64,000 nucleotides of DNA from Takakia lepidozioides. Lineage: Eukaryota; Plantae; Bryophyta. This document shows positions 1 to 10,330 of the stretch, in pieces. Each line of letters begins with the position of its first letter. The stretch's first letter is position 1. The position numbers and the translations under genes are program-made. Under the pieces are notes generated by a model. That model worked only from the letters and a program-made list of their open reading frames with translations, had not been told where the DNA came from and ran no database searches. The stretch lies in the NCBI GenBank assembly GCA_030704615.1, contig CM060734.1, positions 15,314,001-15,378,000 on the forward strand. The letters run 5' to 3'.

Positions 1-1
1 C

Positions 2-130
2 CATATGCCAACCCCTTGAGCATCGATCACACACCAGCATGGTGGCTGCCCCTTTGGCAGACCCACAGAGCATGCACCTCAAACCTGCAGGTACCACTGC
101 CAAGTTTGGGTCAACTCTGCCATCGACATT
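2..130 (-). CDS. PHD finger at the integrase C-terminus (partial, cut by window edge)
   Basis: Manual translation after a frameshift near 130: NVDGRVDPNLAVVPAGLRCMLCGSAKGAATMLVCDRCSRGWHM, matching the first half of the PHD pattern (C-x2-C...CDxC...H). Confidence 0.85.
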
Positions 131-1728
131 GGAAGGTGACATGGCGCACAATTACGCACATGGTCTTTCCAAGTCATGCCATCCCGACCCTCTAAGATCA
201 GGACCCCTGAGGGCAACACCTCTCGAACCCTCAGAATAACACGCCCTGCAGTAACATCCAGAGTCGTAGGAGCAGTCTGCTGCAAATAAACATAGTCACC
301 AGGGCTAAACCTCCGAACCCCAGGACGATATCCTCCACCACGTATAGTGGCATACCTCAACGTATCACGGTGCTGTGCAATGGCAAGGTTCTCAAAAGCC
401 ATGGGCATGACTTTCTTGAACAACTCTGCACGCTGATCACATGCACGTACCCACACGTCCGGATCGTCAAGGTTAAGGACTTGAGCAGTGTCCCTACGAA
501 TGGCTGCAGGCAAATCCGGCTCTCGGCCAAAGAGAAGGAAATATGGTGAGAAGGAGGCAAGTGATGCTTGTTTGCTGAACCTGTAGCCCATGGCTAACCA
601 AGGAACCTGAAGATCCCAATCTCCTAGGTGTCCCTTCTGCAAGCCATACTTGCGCAAACCCCTCTTCACCGTCTGAACAACTCTCTCTGCTAAGCCATCG
701 GCCTCAGGATGATCCCGAGAAGTGGTGCGGTGGTCTATCAAGGCTTTATCACACAAAGCCTGAAACTCCCCCAAGAACTCTCTCCCTTGGTCCGTGAGTA
801 CCTCAGCTGGAGCACCAAATCGGCTAAGCACACGATCCAAGAATGCATACGCAGCCCCCTCACTAGCCTTGTCAGGCAATGGAACCAACTCAATCCACTT
901 GGAGAAGTGCTCCACCATCACCAACACATATCTGTGGTGGCGCATAGTCAGTGGCAACGGTCCTGCGAAGTCAAGACTCCACCTGTAGCCCAATCCCATG
1001 ATAGGTAAAGGATGCAACTGTGGTGTAGGGGCGTTGAATGAAGCACGCACCCTGTCACACACCATGCACCTAGCCACAAACTGTTGCACCTCTGTATGCA
1101 TACCACGCCACCAATACTGCCCCTGCAGTAAACTGTGAGTGCGTCGCACTCCAAAATGCCCCAACTCCTCATGGGCATGCCGCACTAACCGTGCACGCTG
1201 TGTGGGGTGAGGCACAATCCTCACCCGACCATCCTCCCACACTCGAAGTAGGTGTATCCCCTCCCACTTGAACCTCTTGGCTCGTTGCAGGATCCGATCC
1301 CTCTCCCTGGCAGTCACAATGGCTGCCGTGTCTCCCGTGCGGAGGTAGTCCAACACAGCCGAATCCTCATGTATATCTCTGGCACCACCTAGCTCATCAC
1401 TAGCCTCAGGGTCCTCAGACACTCCGTCTACAGTCATCCCTGTTGTAGGTCCAATCTGACCTCCCGATGCCAAGATACACAAAAATGCAGATGCGTGCCA
1501 TCCCGGCACCATCTCCTCGTCCGTCTCACCATGCCACCGAGCTCCAGTGTCATCCTGCTGGCTCATGCATGGATTGCGACTCAATCCATCCGCATCCCGA
1601 TTGACCAAACCCGGTCGATGCACAACCTGAAAGTCATACTCCTGGAGTATAAGTGCCCACCGTGCAAGCTTCCCTGTAAGCTTGTCTGACTCCATCAACC
1701 ACTTGAGTGGCTGTGTGATCCGTGACAA
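79..1728 (-). CDS. End of RNase H plus integrase (HHCC zinc-binding and DDE core) of A1
   Basis: LARWALILQEYDF; HEELGHFG...CMVC; WSLDFAGP...VLTDQGREF...GLAERVVQTVK. Confidence 0.95.
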   Translation of the reverse strand: MSRITQPLKWLMESDKLTGKLARWALILQEYDFQVVHRPGLVNRDADGLSRNPCMSQQDDTGARWHGETDEEMVPGWHASAFLCILASGGQIGPTTGMTVDGVSEDPEASDELGGARDIHEDSAVLDYLRTGDTAAIVTARERDRILQRAKRFKWEGIHLLRVWEDGRVRIVPHPTQRARLVRHAHEELGHFGVRRTHSLLQGQYWWRGMHTEVQQFVARCMVCDRVRASFNAPTPQLHPLPIMGLGYRWSLDFAGPLPLTMRHHRYVLVMVEHFSKWIELVPLPDKASEGAAYAFLDRVLSRFGAPAEVLTDQGREFLGEFQALCDKALIDHRTTSRDHPEADGLAERVVQTVKRGLRKYGLQKGHLGDWDLQVPWLAMGYRFSKQASLASFSPYFLLFGREPDLPAAIRRDTAQVLNLDDPDVWVRACDQRAELFKKVMPMAFENLAIAQHRDTLRYATIRGGGYRPGVRRFSPGDYVYLQQTAPTTLDVTAGRVILRVREVLPSGVLILEGRDGMTWKDHVRNCAPCHLPMSMAELTQTWQWYLQV

Positions 1729-2908
1729 GGGTGAAAAGATTGCCGTATAGATAGCACCTGAAGTGTGCCACGGCCCACACTGCAGCTAAGCACTCTCCCT
1801 CATATGAGCTGTACTTAGCCTCTGCAGCGTTGTTCGAGCGGCTAGCGTAAGCCACTACGAACTCTCTTCCCTCATCATCCACCTGTGTGAGCACCGCTCC
1901 AAGCCCCAGCATGCTCCAATCCGTATGCAGCTGAAAGGGACGCCCCCTGATAGGTCGTCTCAAGATAGGCGCCGAGGTCAACCTCGCCTTGAGCTCTTGA
2001 AAAGCTCGTTCCTGCTCATCTTCCCACTGCCACTCCTGGTCCACCTTGGTCAGCTTGGTTAGAGCCTTTGCAATGGTACTAAATCCCTTGACAAACCGTC
2101 TATAATAGTTTGCCAACCCCATGAAAGCTCGAACTCGGCTCACATCCGTGGGGCGTGGAATTTGTGCAATGGCCTCTACCTTAGTCTGCTGTACCCCCAA
2201 TCCTCCAGGATATATCATGTGACCCAGATACTCAATCTGGTTGTGGAAAAACTTGCACTTCCCCGGATGCAACTTCAATCCGTGCGCTCTCAAGCGCTCC
2301 AATACCACCTGAAGGTGTCTCTCATGCTCCTCCATCGTAACACTAAAGATGATGATGTCATCTATGTAGCACCGAGCAAAGTCCACCCCTGCTAGAATCC
2401 TATCCATGACTCTCTGAAACTCTGCAGGAGCATTCTTAAGCCCAAATGGTAAGAACCGCCACTGATATAGGCAATCCTTGCCGTGCTCATTGATCCCCCA
2501 GAATGCCGTCTTCTGCTTGTCCGCCTCCTTGATTGGCAACTGGTGATATCCGGATCGTAAATCCAAAGTGCTAAAGGCCTTAGCATGCCCGATGGCATCA
2601 AAGATCTCCTCTGGTGTTGGCATGGCATACTTATCGGACTTGGTCTGACGATTTACAGGCCGGTAATCACCGCACATACGTCTCTCCGTCCAATTGCCAT
2701 AGACATCCTTCTTGGCTGGCATCACTGTGGCTGAAGCATACTCTCCACCAGAGAGCTCCACCAAACCTGCCTCCCAGAGATCTTGAGTCCTCATCTGAAT
2801 CAAAGACCTCTCCATGTCACTGTATCTATAGGGTCTCCGAAAGATTGGCGTGTCAGTGGCCAACTCAATACGGATCTCTTGACCCTTCAGTGCTCCCAAG
2901 TCCTTCAA
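1634..2908 (-). CDS. Reverse transcriptase and RNase H of A1
   Basis: [48 protein letters not shown]. Confidence 0.97.
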   Translation of the reverse strand: MKDLGALKGQEIRIELATDTPIFRRPYRYSDMERSLIQMRTQDLWEAGLVELSGGEYASATVMPAKKDVYGNWTERRMCGDYRPVNRQTKSDKYAMPTPEEIFDAIGHAKAFSTLDLRSGYHQLPIKEADKQKTAFWGINEHGKDCLYQWRFLPFGLKNAPAEFQRVMDRILAGVDFARCYIDDIIIFSVTMEEHERHLQVVLERLRAHGLKLHPGKCKFFHNQIEYLGHMIYPGGLGVQQTKVEAIAQIPRPTDVSRVRAFMGLANYYRRFVKGFSTIAKALTKLTKVDQEWQWEDEQERAFQELKARLTSAPILRRPIRGRPFQLHTDWSMLGLGAVLTQVDDEGREFVVAYASRSNNAAEAKYSSYEGECLAAVWAVAHFRCYLYGNLFTLVTDHTATQVVDGVRQAYREACTVGTYTPGV

Positions 2909-3182
2909 ACTGAAGGCAAAGCAATTCCTGTAAGCCCTCAGGAACCGCCGTATACGTCGTCTCTCTCCTCCGGTGACAATGGGTCCAATGTCAGGCTCCC
3001 AATTGTCCTCCGTAACTACAACCTTAAGTCCAGTGGGCTTAGAGGTAGAGGACGCGTCCCGTGGTTGCTATGCTGCAACCTCTTGAGCAGTACTCCCTAC
3101 CTGCTCAGTCAATGACAAGGCATCATCCTGCCCCATCATCTCATCCTTGAGGACCTCCTCAACTCGAGAAGAATCCCCAACC

Positions 3183-4390
3183 TCATCCATCACAGCCGCC
3201 TTGGCTGCCAACTCTCTGAACCTCGAGCACCTCCCACGTGTGCCATGGATGCATGCACCCCGTGGTCCTCACATGCTCGCCCCCACTCACTGCCTGTACC
3301 GTCTCGGTAGGCAGAGAGACCATTGAGGGAAGTGTATTCCGCACTCTGCGTTGCTCAGCTAGAGCCAAGCTGATAATCCAGGTCAAGCAATTGAGATCCA
3401 TTGCTTGCCCCAACACTTGACGACGTGATGCCTCAGAAAGAGACGACACCGCCGTGGTACCAGTGGTAAAACCCATTGCCCGCTCACGCTCGTCAGCATT
3501 AGGCTCCACTAACTGCTGCAACTGAGCATCCCACAGGAGGCCAGGTCCACTATCCCGGAAAGCATGCGATCCTGGGAAGCTGAGCAGTGTAGGTAATGCT
3601 GCTCGTGGTTGACCCCCTTGTTGACCACTGCCAAAGGCGAACGGTCATCGTGTCTCACACGTTGAGACTGCCTCCCTGTGTCCAGAATGTTATCCACTGT
3701 GAGATGTGCTGGCCGCTGCACCCCATCAAATGCACGCTTGAGCAGTGCGGGTGGCATCATGTTAGTCCACCATAGCCGTGGACGATGAGCCCGTGACCCC
3801 ACTGTAGCTGCATCTAGCAACACTGCTGACCCAAGCCACGACCGGACTTGATGCACACTGGCCATCACCCTGGCCCGAGAATTGCCCATCAGTGGCACAT
3901 TCTCCAAGATGTATGCTGGAGATACAGCTTGATGAAGCTGCAAGTGGCGCAAAACCCGCACCATCTCCCAAAACAGACCCGACCTCGAGTCTCGCAATCC
4001 ATTGCCATGCCCGGCTGATGAATGCCCTTGGCAGGGCCAACCTGCCACTACCAGATCAATGGAGCCAACCCGCTCCAAATCCTGCGCCCCCAGCAACGAA
4101 ATGTCTGCTGGCAAGGCCTGCTGATATCCACGAATTGCAGACACCGACAACAACTCAGGGTACCGCTGCACCAACTGAGCAACATGGCGAAGTGAAACGC
4201 GTCGTGCAGTCTCATCCCTCTCCACATACAGGTAACGCCGAACTCGTACACCTGCCTGTAACACGGCAGCCAATCCGGTGCTGATCCCGCCAAACAAGTC
4301 CAGAAGACAAATGCCTTCATCCGGAGACTGCCACACAATAGGTGTGGTGTCCAATGGAGACAATTGAGGTGGTCCTGGTGCAATCCCCAC
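3183..4390 (-). CDS. C5 DNA cytosine methyltransferase domain (DNMT3/DRM-like catalytic motifs) inside Pol, with one frameshift near 3615
   Basis: Motifs in canonical order: I LLDLFGGISTG, II YVERD, IV AGWPCQGHS, VI YILENVP, VIII AHRPRLWWTN, IX ERERAMGF, X RQVLGQAM. Confidence 0.93.
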
Positions 4391-5072
4391 ACTCTCCTCC
4401 TCTCCTGACGTACAAAAGCCTCCACCCAGGCTTGTTGCACCCGTCGATCAGCATCCCGCTGCAAATCCTTGCTCGTGCCCCACAATGGAGTCTGAGCAAC
4501 CATGGTAGGCAACTCCGCCATACCATACATGTCATCCTGCTCTCCCGAGGTGGTACATCCTCTGAATGAGCATTGCCCTCAAGCAACTCTCTAGGCCAAT
4601 TCACTGCCGCTGTGAATGCTGCTAGTGTCGGCATCTTGCCTCGCTGGGCAACCGCAACTCCTCCTATGAACGTCACAGGGAGCTGCGCACGCCGGCCCTC
4701 CCCTGACTGCCATGCAGGCCTATAGGAAGCTGACTCCTCCCAAAAATCCAGGGTGAAGCCCATGGGGTACAACACTGCCCCACCAACCAGGACATCGTAT
4801 GAGACTGCGTCTGTCACAATGGCCTTGGCTCGCATCACTGAGCCATCTGTAGGGTGATCCGGCCGTAGTCTGATAGCCAACTCATGCCGTGTCATGCCCC
4901 GAGCCTGCTCCGATCCTCCCAGAGACGTCTGTATCTGGAAAGGACAAGGCTCCATATCCGCCTCCGTGAGGCCCAAGCCTGCAATAGCAGCTCTGCCCAG
5001 CATCAGTGGCTGAGCTCCCGAGTCCAACAAGACTCGCAGTGGCCGGTACCTCTTGCCTGCCTGCCTGTCCAC
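4317..5072 (-). CDS. Aspartic protease of A1
   Basis: RVLLDSGAQPLMLG catalytic motif and YDVLVGG second motif. Confidence 0.88.
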   Translation of the reverse strand: MDRQAGKRYRPLRVLLDSGAQPLMLGRAAIAGLGLTEADMEPCPFQIQTSLGGSEQARGMTRHELAIRLRPDHPTDGSVMRAKAIVTDAVSYDVLVGGAVLYPMGFTLDFWEESASYRPAWQSGEGRRAQLPVTFIGGVAVAQRGKMPTLAAFTAAVNWPRELLEGNAHSEDVPPRESRMTCMVWRSCLPWLLRLHCGARARICSGMLIDGCNKPGWRLLYVRRGGECGDCTRTTSIVSIGHHTYCVAVSG

Positions 5073-5438
5073 TCAAACAGAAAATGCCATCCTGGTTGTC
5101 TAACATGACAACTCCAGGTGTCACCATGGCGCGCTCAATGGCTGGCCTAGCTGGCAGCTCCATCAACCTGGCAGCTGCAGCTTGCCATGGCGCCGCCGTG
5201 GCAGTCTTGACCCTCAAATCCGAGGATCCCTCCGGCACTACACCTCCCACTATCTCCGCAGAAGATGAAGTAACCTCCCCACTCTCACAGAGTGTAGCTG
5301 CCAGCCTGAACACCTCAGCTGGTCTTACCCCCGGCGTCGCAATCATGGTAGCCGAGAACAATGGAGCCTGGCACACAGATGTGGCCGCTCCTAGCAGCAC
5401 ACTAGCTGCCGTAGCCTTGGCAACACTAGGTAGTGGTG

Positions 5439-6257
5439 CTACCCGTGTAGCTCTCCCAATGGCATAGTGACCTCCGCCTCGGTAACAGTCGGGCGAGAAC
5501 TAGGTGCCATGGATGGCGTCGACACTGTCTCCGCCAATGTGAATGACTGAGGAAGCCTAGCCTGACGGCTTGCCTCCCCACGCTGTGGATCCAACTCCAC
5601 CTCTGCACCTCGTGGCTCAGGAACTCGTGCTGCTCCTCGAGTCACGGCTGCAGCAGACTCCACCTGCACTAGTGGTAGTGCTGCTCCACACATGAATCCC
5701 ATGCCTCCCATATCTCCTCCCTCAGGAGCAGGAGGTGGACCATCCGGCCTTAGAGCCGGTACCACCTGAGCTGTAGCCATGGCAGCGAGCCTCTGCTCTA
5801 GCTGCTGAAGCCGGTTGGCCATGCCTTGGTCAACACCCTGACCTCCGCGTCCTTGGCCACGTTGAGCTTGCCCTTGGCCTGCACCTCGTGGCTGGCCACC
5901 TCGTCCTCTCTGGGCTGCTCCACCTCGCCCCCGGCCACCATTGTTCCCTTGGAACTGGCCTGGGCGCAACTCAGGATGCAAACCATAACACTGAGCCTCT
6001 CCATGCCCGTGTTTGCCACAATGCCCACACTGTAACTGTGCAGGCTGTGCATGTGCCGACCCTTTGCCTCCCTCTGGACAATCCTTCTTGACATGGGGTC
6101 CTCCACATGTCCAGCACACCACATCCGCCCGTTGTTGGCCAGCAAATGAAGGGAGAGACCCCTGCATTTGAGGTCCTCTCTGCCCTTCCCTGAGCTTCAC
6201 CTGAGCCCCCTTGTTGCCTTGAGCACGTTGAGGTAGTGGTTGGCTAGGAGCACCCAC
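5439..6257 (-). CDS. Gag C-terminal part with two zinc knuckles and an RGG-rich tract
   Basis: CWTCGGPHVKKDC and CGHCGKHGHGEAQC, followed by GRGRGG repeats. Confidence 0.88.
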   Translation of the reverse strand: MGAPSQPLPQRAQGNKGAQVKLREGQRGPQMQGSLPSFAGQQRADVVCWTCGGPHVKKDCPEGGKGSAHAQPAQLQCGHCGKHGHGEAQCYGLHPELRPGQFQGNNGGRGRGGAAQRGRGGQPRGAGQGQAQRGQGRGGQGVDQGMANRLQQLEQRLAAMATAQVVPALRPDGPPPAPEGGDMGGMGFMCGAALPLVQVESAAAVTRGAARVPEPRGAEVELDPQRGEASRQARLPQSFTLAETVSTPSMAPSSRPTVTEAEVTMPLGELHG

Positions 6258-7237
6258 CCCCGTGGTGTCTCCTTAGCAAATCCCACCATGACCACTCGTT
6301 CCTCCACCATGTTGAGCTCTATCCGCTCTGCCAGCAAAAACACATTTGCTAAGGTGGGTTGGGCCGCTTGTAGGAGAGTTGCATCCCGCACCCTTCTCCT
6401 CAGCTCCTTGTCCAATATCCCATACCAGAATTGGACTGCCTGAGCTTCCGTAACCCCTTGGGTTACATTTATCAAGCGCCTCATGCGAGTGAAAGCCTCC
6501 CTCAAGCTCTCGGTCGGCTTCCGTTGGAACTCTTGCAAGCTCCGCAACTTCTCTGTCCTCACCCCTTGGTAGTTCCCTCTCAACTCTTCGAAGAACTCCA
6601 CAACAGGGTTGAAGGCAGGCACGGGTGCTAGTGCTGGTGCGGTAGTGGCTTGGGTGGATGTCGTAGCTACTGTACCACCAGTCCCACTGCTACTTGCTGA
6701 AGCTGCCGGTGCAGCGGCAGGTGTAGCCACTGCCCTCGTGGCTCTAGTGCCCCTAGTGATGGAGACATAGTCGGGTGACCAGTACATCCTCCACTCCTCG
6801 ATCTCAACCTCATGCCCCCGCCTGAACTCATGGTAATCATCCATAGGCGGCCCCTCAAGGTGCTGAAACAGCCCCTTCCATGCCATGAAAGGCGTAAATA
6901 GTTGTGGATTGCGCATTTGCTGCAAATCACACCAACTATCAAACTCTTGGATAAAATCATCCAACTCAATGGTGCCCACCGCCCCAGAGTACCTTCGTGG
7001 CCCCTTGGTAGCTCCATACATCTCCTCCATTGTGTCCCACAACAATGGCAAAGAAACAACTTGCACCGCCGGTATGAGTCCTCCCGATTCACAATCCGAA
7101 TCAAAACCTTCCGTAGAAGACACAGGAGGTGAAGGTGGCCTAAACCGCACACCTCGTCTCGTGTACCCACTAGTATCGCTAGTGCTCGAACCGGCACTGT
7201 CCCCAGCAACTAGTGGCACCTCCGTGTTGACACTCAA
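6197..7237 (-). CDS. Gag capsid-like region of A1
   Basis: YSG...LDDFIQEFDSWC and FQRKPTESLREAFTRMRRL, typical of retrotransposon gag; lies upstream of the zinc knuckles. Confidence 0.82.
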   Translation of the reverse strand: MSVNTEVPLVAGDSAGSSTSDTSGYTRRGVRFRPPSPPVSSTEGFDSDCESGGLIPAVQVVSLPLLWDTMEEMYGATKGPRRYSGAVGTIELDDFIQEFDSWCDLQQMRNPQLFTPFMAWKGLFQHLEGPPMDDYHEFRRGHEVEIEEWRMYWSPDYVSITRGTRATRAVATPAAAPAASASSSGTGGTVATTSTQATTAPALAPVPAFNPVVEFFEELRGNYQGVRTEKLRSLQEFQRKPTESLREAFTRMRRLINVTQGVTEAQAVQFWYGILDKELRRRVRDATLLQAAQPTLANVFLLAERIELNMVEERVVMVGFAKETPRGWVLLANHYLNVLKATRGLR

Positions 7238-7899
7238 CCGGTCATGAACATGTCCCTAACCCCTCTTCACAAGGTAACCGGGTAGAGAACCTGTTGCGGC
7301 TTATGGTTTGGAATACTAAGTTCCTAACATAGCCTACACCTGTACCTGCATCCACCACAAGCACTCCTATGGTTGGCTGGTCATCACCTCCAACCTCACC
7401 ACAGGAGAAACAATGATGGTCTGGCTGGTCATCACCCCAGCCTCACCATCGACAGCATGCTCTAGGACTGGCCGGTGATCAAATCCACCAATCACCTATA
7501 AAAACAAGCGCCCACACAAACTAGCATGGCGCACAGTCAAGCATGCAGGTATGGAGGGGATCCAAACACAAGAAATCAGATCGACAACTCCCCCACACCA
7601 AAAACAACTCCACGGTGTTGCTCCTGCAAGGACACCCCAGCCCAAACCCGGACTGACTCTTGCCTCCACCTACGGAAAGGTCTTGGCCTAATGAGAGGGT
7701 GGAAACTACGAGGAAGAGAAGCTAAAGAAATGCCTAACCCCAGCATGCTCTCATCCCAACACTCTGCCTCTCCTCTCTATCCTCACTTGCATGACCATGG
7801 GAATATCATGAAGATACTCCTCAAACCGCCTCCACGAGCTTCAAAATTCGGCCTTCCAGACCACATGCCAGTCCTTAGGCAGTCCACCAGTGCCTCCAC

Positions 7900-9505
7900 G
7901 AGTCAGCACAGGCCGTCCACAGGTCAACACGGGCCACCACAGACCAGCACAGGCCCACACAGCTCACTGGTCACAGCCGTCACAGTCCCCACAGGCCACT
8001 GGGCACAGCCTGTCGCAGCCCCTCACAGCCTGTCACAGCCTCAAAGGCCTCAGGCACGGCCTGTCACAGCCCCTCACAGCCGTCACAGTCCCACACAGGC
8101 CACTGGGCACAGCCTGTCGCAGCCCCTCACAGCCTGTCACAGCCTCAAAGGCCTCAGCACGGCTGTCACAGCCCCTCACAGCCCCTCACAGCCTCAAAGG
8201 CCTCAGGACACGGCCTGTCACAGCCCCTCACAGCCCGTCACGCCCAAAGGCCCACGGCCTGTCATCACAGCCCGTCACAGCCCCAAAGCCCCAGGCACGG
8301 CCTGTTACACCCCTCACAGCCCGTCACAGCCCCAAAGGCCATGGCACGGCCTGTCACAGCCCCTCACAGCCCGTCACAGCCTCAAAGGCCCAGGCACGGT
8401 CACAGCCCTCACACCCGTCACAGCCCCAAAGGCCACACAGCCACAGCCTGTCACAGCCCGTCACCCCCATAGGCCTCAGGGCACAGCCTGTGCACAGCCC
8501 GTCACAGCCCAACCACACACAGCCTGTCACAGCCTGACACAGCCCGTCACAGCCCCACAGGGCACAGGCACCCCTGTCACGCCCGTCACAGCCCGTCACA
8601 GCCCCAAAGGCCTCAGGCACGGCCTGTCACAGCCCGTCACAGCCCCAAAGGCCTCAAGCCTGTCAGCCTGTGTCACAGCCAGCCCGTCACAGCCCAAAAG
8701 GCCACTGGCACAGCCTGTCACAGCCCAGCCCGTCACAGCCCCACCGGCACAGCACACCCGTCACAGCCCTCACAGCCCATCCCAGCCGTCACAGCTGCAC
8801 AGCCTGTCACACCCGTCACAGCCCGTCACAGCTCGCCACGCCTGACAGCCCCACAGCCCACAGGGCACATGCACACCTGTCACAGCCCCTCACAGCCCGT
8901 CACAGCCCCAAAGGCCTCAGCACGGCCTGTCATAGCACAGTCACACAGCCTGACACCCGTCACAGCCCACAGGCACTGTCAGCCCATCACAGCCCATCAC
9001 AGCCTCACAGCTTGCCACAGCCTGTCACAGCCTTCACAGCCCGTCACAGCCCCACAGGCCACTGGCACAGCCTGTCACAGCCCGTCACAGCCCCACAGGC
9101 CTCAGGGCACAGCCTGTCACAGCCCCGCACAGCCCCACAGCCCCACAGCCTGACACAGCCCGTCACAGCCCCACAGGCCACAGCAGTCACAGCCCTCACA
9201 GCCCGTCACAGCCCCAAAGCCTCAGGCACAGCCTGTCACAGCCCGTCACAGCCCCACAGGGCACAGGGCACAGCCTTCACAGCCCATCACAGCCCATCAC
9301 AGCCTGTCACAGCCCTCACAGCCCCACAGGCCTGGGCACAGCCTGTCACAGCCCCACAGCCCCACAGCCGGCACAGCCCCGCACAGCCCGTCACAGCCCC
9401 AAAGGCCACTGGGCACAGCCCGTCACAGCCTGACACAGCCCATCACAGCCTGTCACAGCTTGCCACAGCCCGTCACAGCTTGCCACAGCCTGTCACACCC
9501 CACAC
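7900..9505. repeat. Degenerate ~10-bp tandem array (GTCACAGCCC / GTCACAGCCT) in the A1 leader
   Basis: About 1.6 kb of CACAGCC(C/T)GT units, directly visible. Confidence 0.95.
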
Positions 9506-9984
9506 ATGGCCGCTCTGGCAGTTTTAGCCATTTCTCCAAGGGTTTTAGCCACCAAGCTAGGGTTTGTGTCTCTTGGACTCTAGGCTTCTTTCCACCGAGC
9601 TATGGTGGCTGTGAGGAAATCAGCAAGGTATCCTTGCTCTTTCGGCTCCCACACACCACCATAGTAGCCCTAAGCCATGAGGTGGTTGCCACAAACCAAG
9701 CCTTCTTTCTCACTTAGCCTCCCCAAACACGCCACTAAACTCAATGGCAAACAACCAAGCCCTGCTGGTTCCCAGCCCTTGTGAGCACTCATTCAAGCAC
9801 TCCCCTCATTGGCCATAGCATCTGTCTTAGAGCCTATTCCAGCCCTCTACACCTATTGCTTCAAGAGTTGCGCTCCCTTCAAGCTTGAAGTTGAAACCCC
9901 AACTCACATAGGCCCTACAAGTGCTGTTCTTTCACTCCAAGTGGAAACCAGCCCTAGACCTTCCGTTCTAGCTCTCTAAGGCTT

Positions 9985-10330
9985 GAAAACAAGAGCCTCA
10001 ATGGGCTGAAGGCATGCTCCACACATGCCCCACTCTCACCATAAGAGAATCAGCTCCTTTGCTTTTTCTTGCACCCACAAACCTGAAAAATACAAGCTTC
10101 AGCAGGCTGAAAGCATGCTCTACATGCCCTACAGGGAAACCAGCCCCTTCCTTCATTCCTTGCACTCCCACACCTAAAAGTGCAAGCCTTCACCAGGCTG
10201 ATAGCATGCTCCACACATGCATTGCCCTCACATAAGGGAAGTTAGCCCTTCCCTCTTCCTTGCTTGCCCTCCAAGCTTGAAGATGGAAGCTTCAATGAGT
10301 TGAACATGCTCCACACATGCAACCTCTTCA
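9985..10330. repeat. Four diverged ~90-110 bp repeats in the A1 leader
   Basis: CATGCTC(C/T)ACA(C)ATG recurs near 10012, 10113, 10204 and 10305. Confidence 0.6.

Noticed and set aside
3183-4390. Bacterial restriction-modification gene or contamination
   Set aside because: The MTase is embedded between gypsy protease and RT, and recurs upstream of RT in a second diverged copy.
6240-6265. Programmed ribosomal frameshift in gag
   Set aside because: It is one of several frame breaks in A1 at short runs and lies within gag; an indel or sequencing error is the simpler explanation.
7526-9527. Long ORFs of 439, 215 and 285 aa rich in P, V, T, A, H and S
   Set aside because: They are translations of the stop-poor 10-bp tandem array and are open in several frames.
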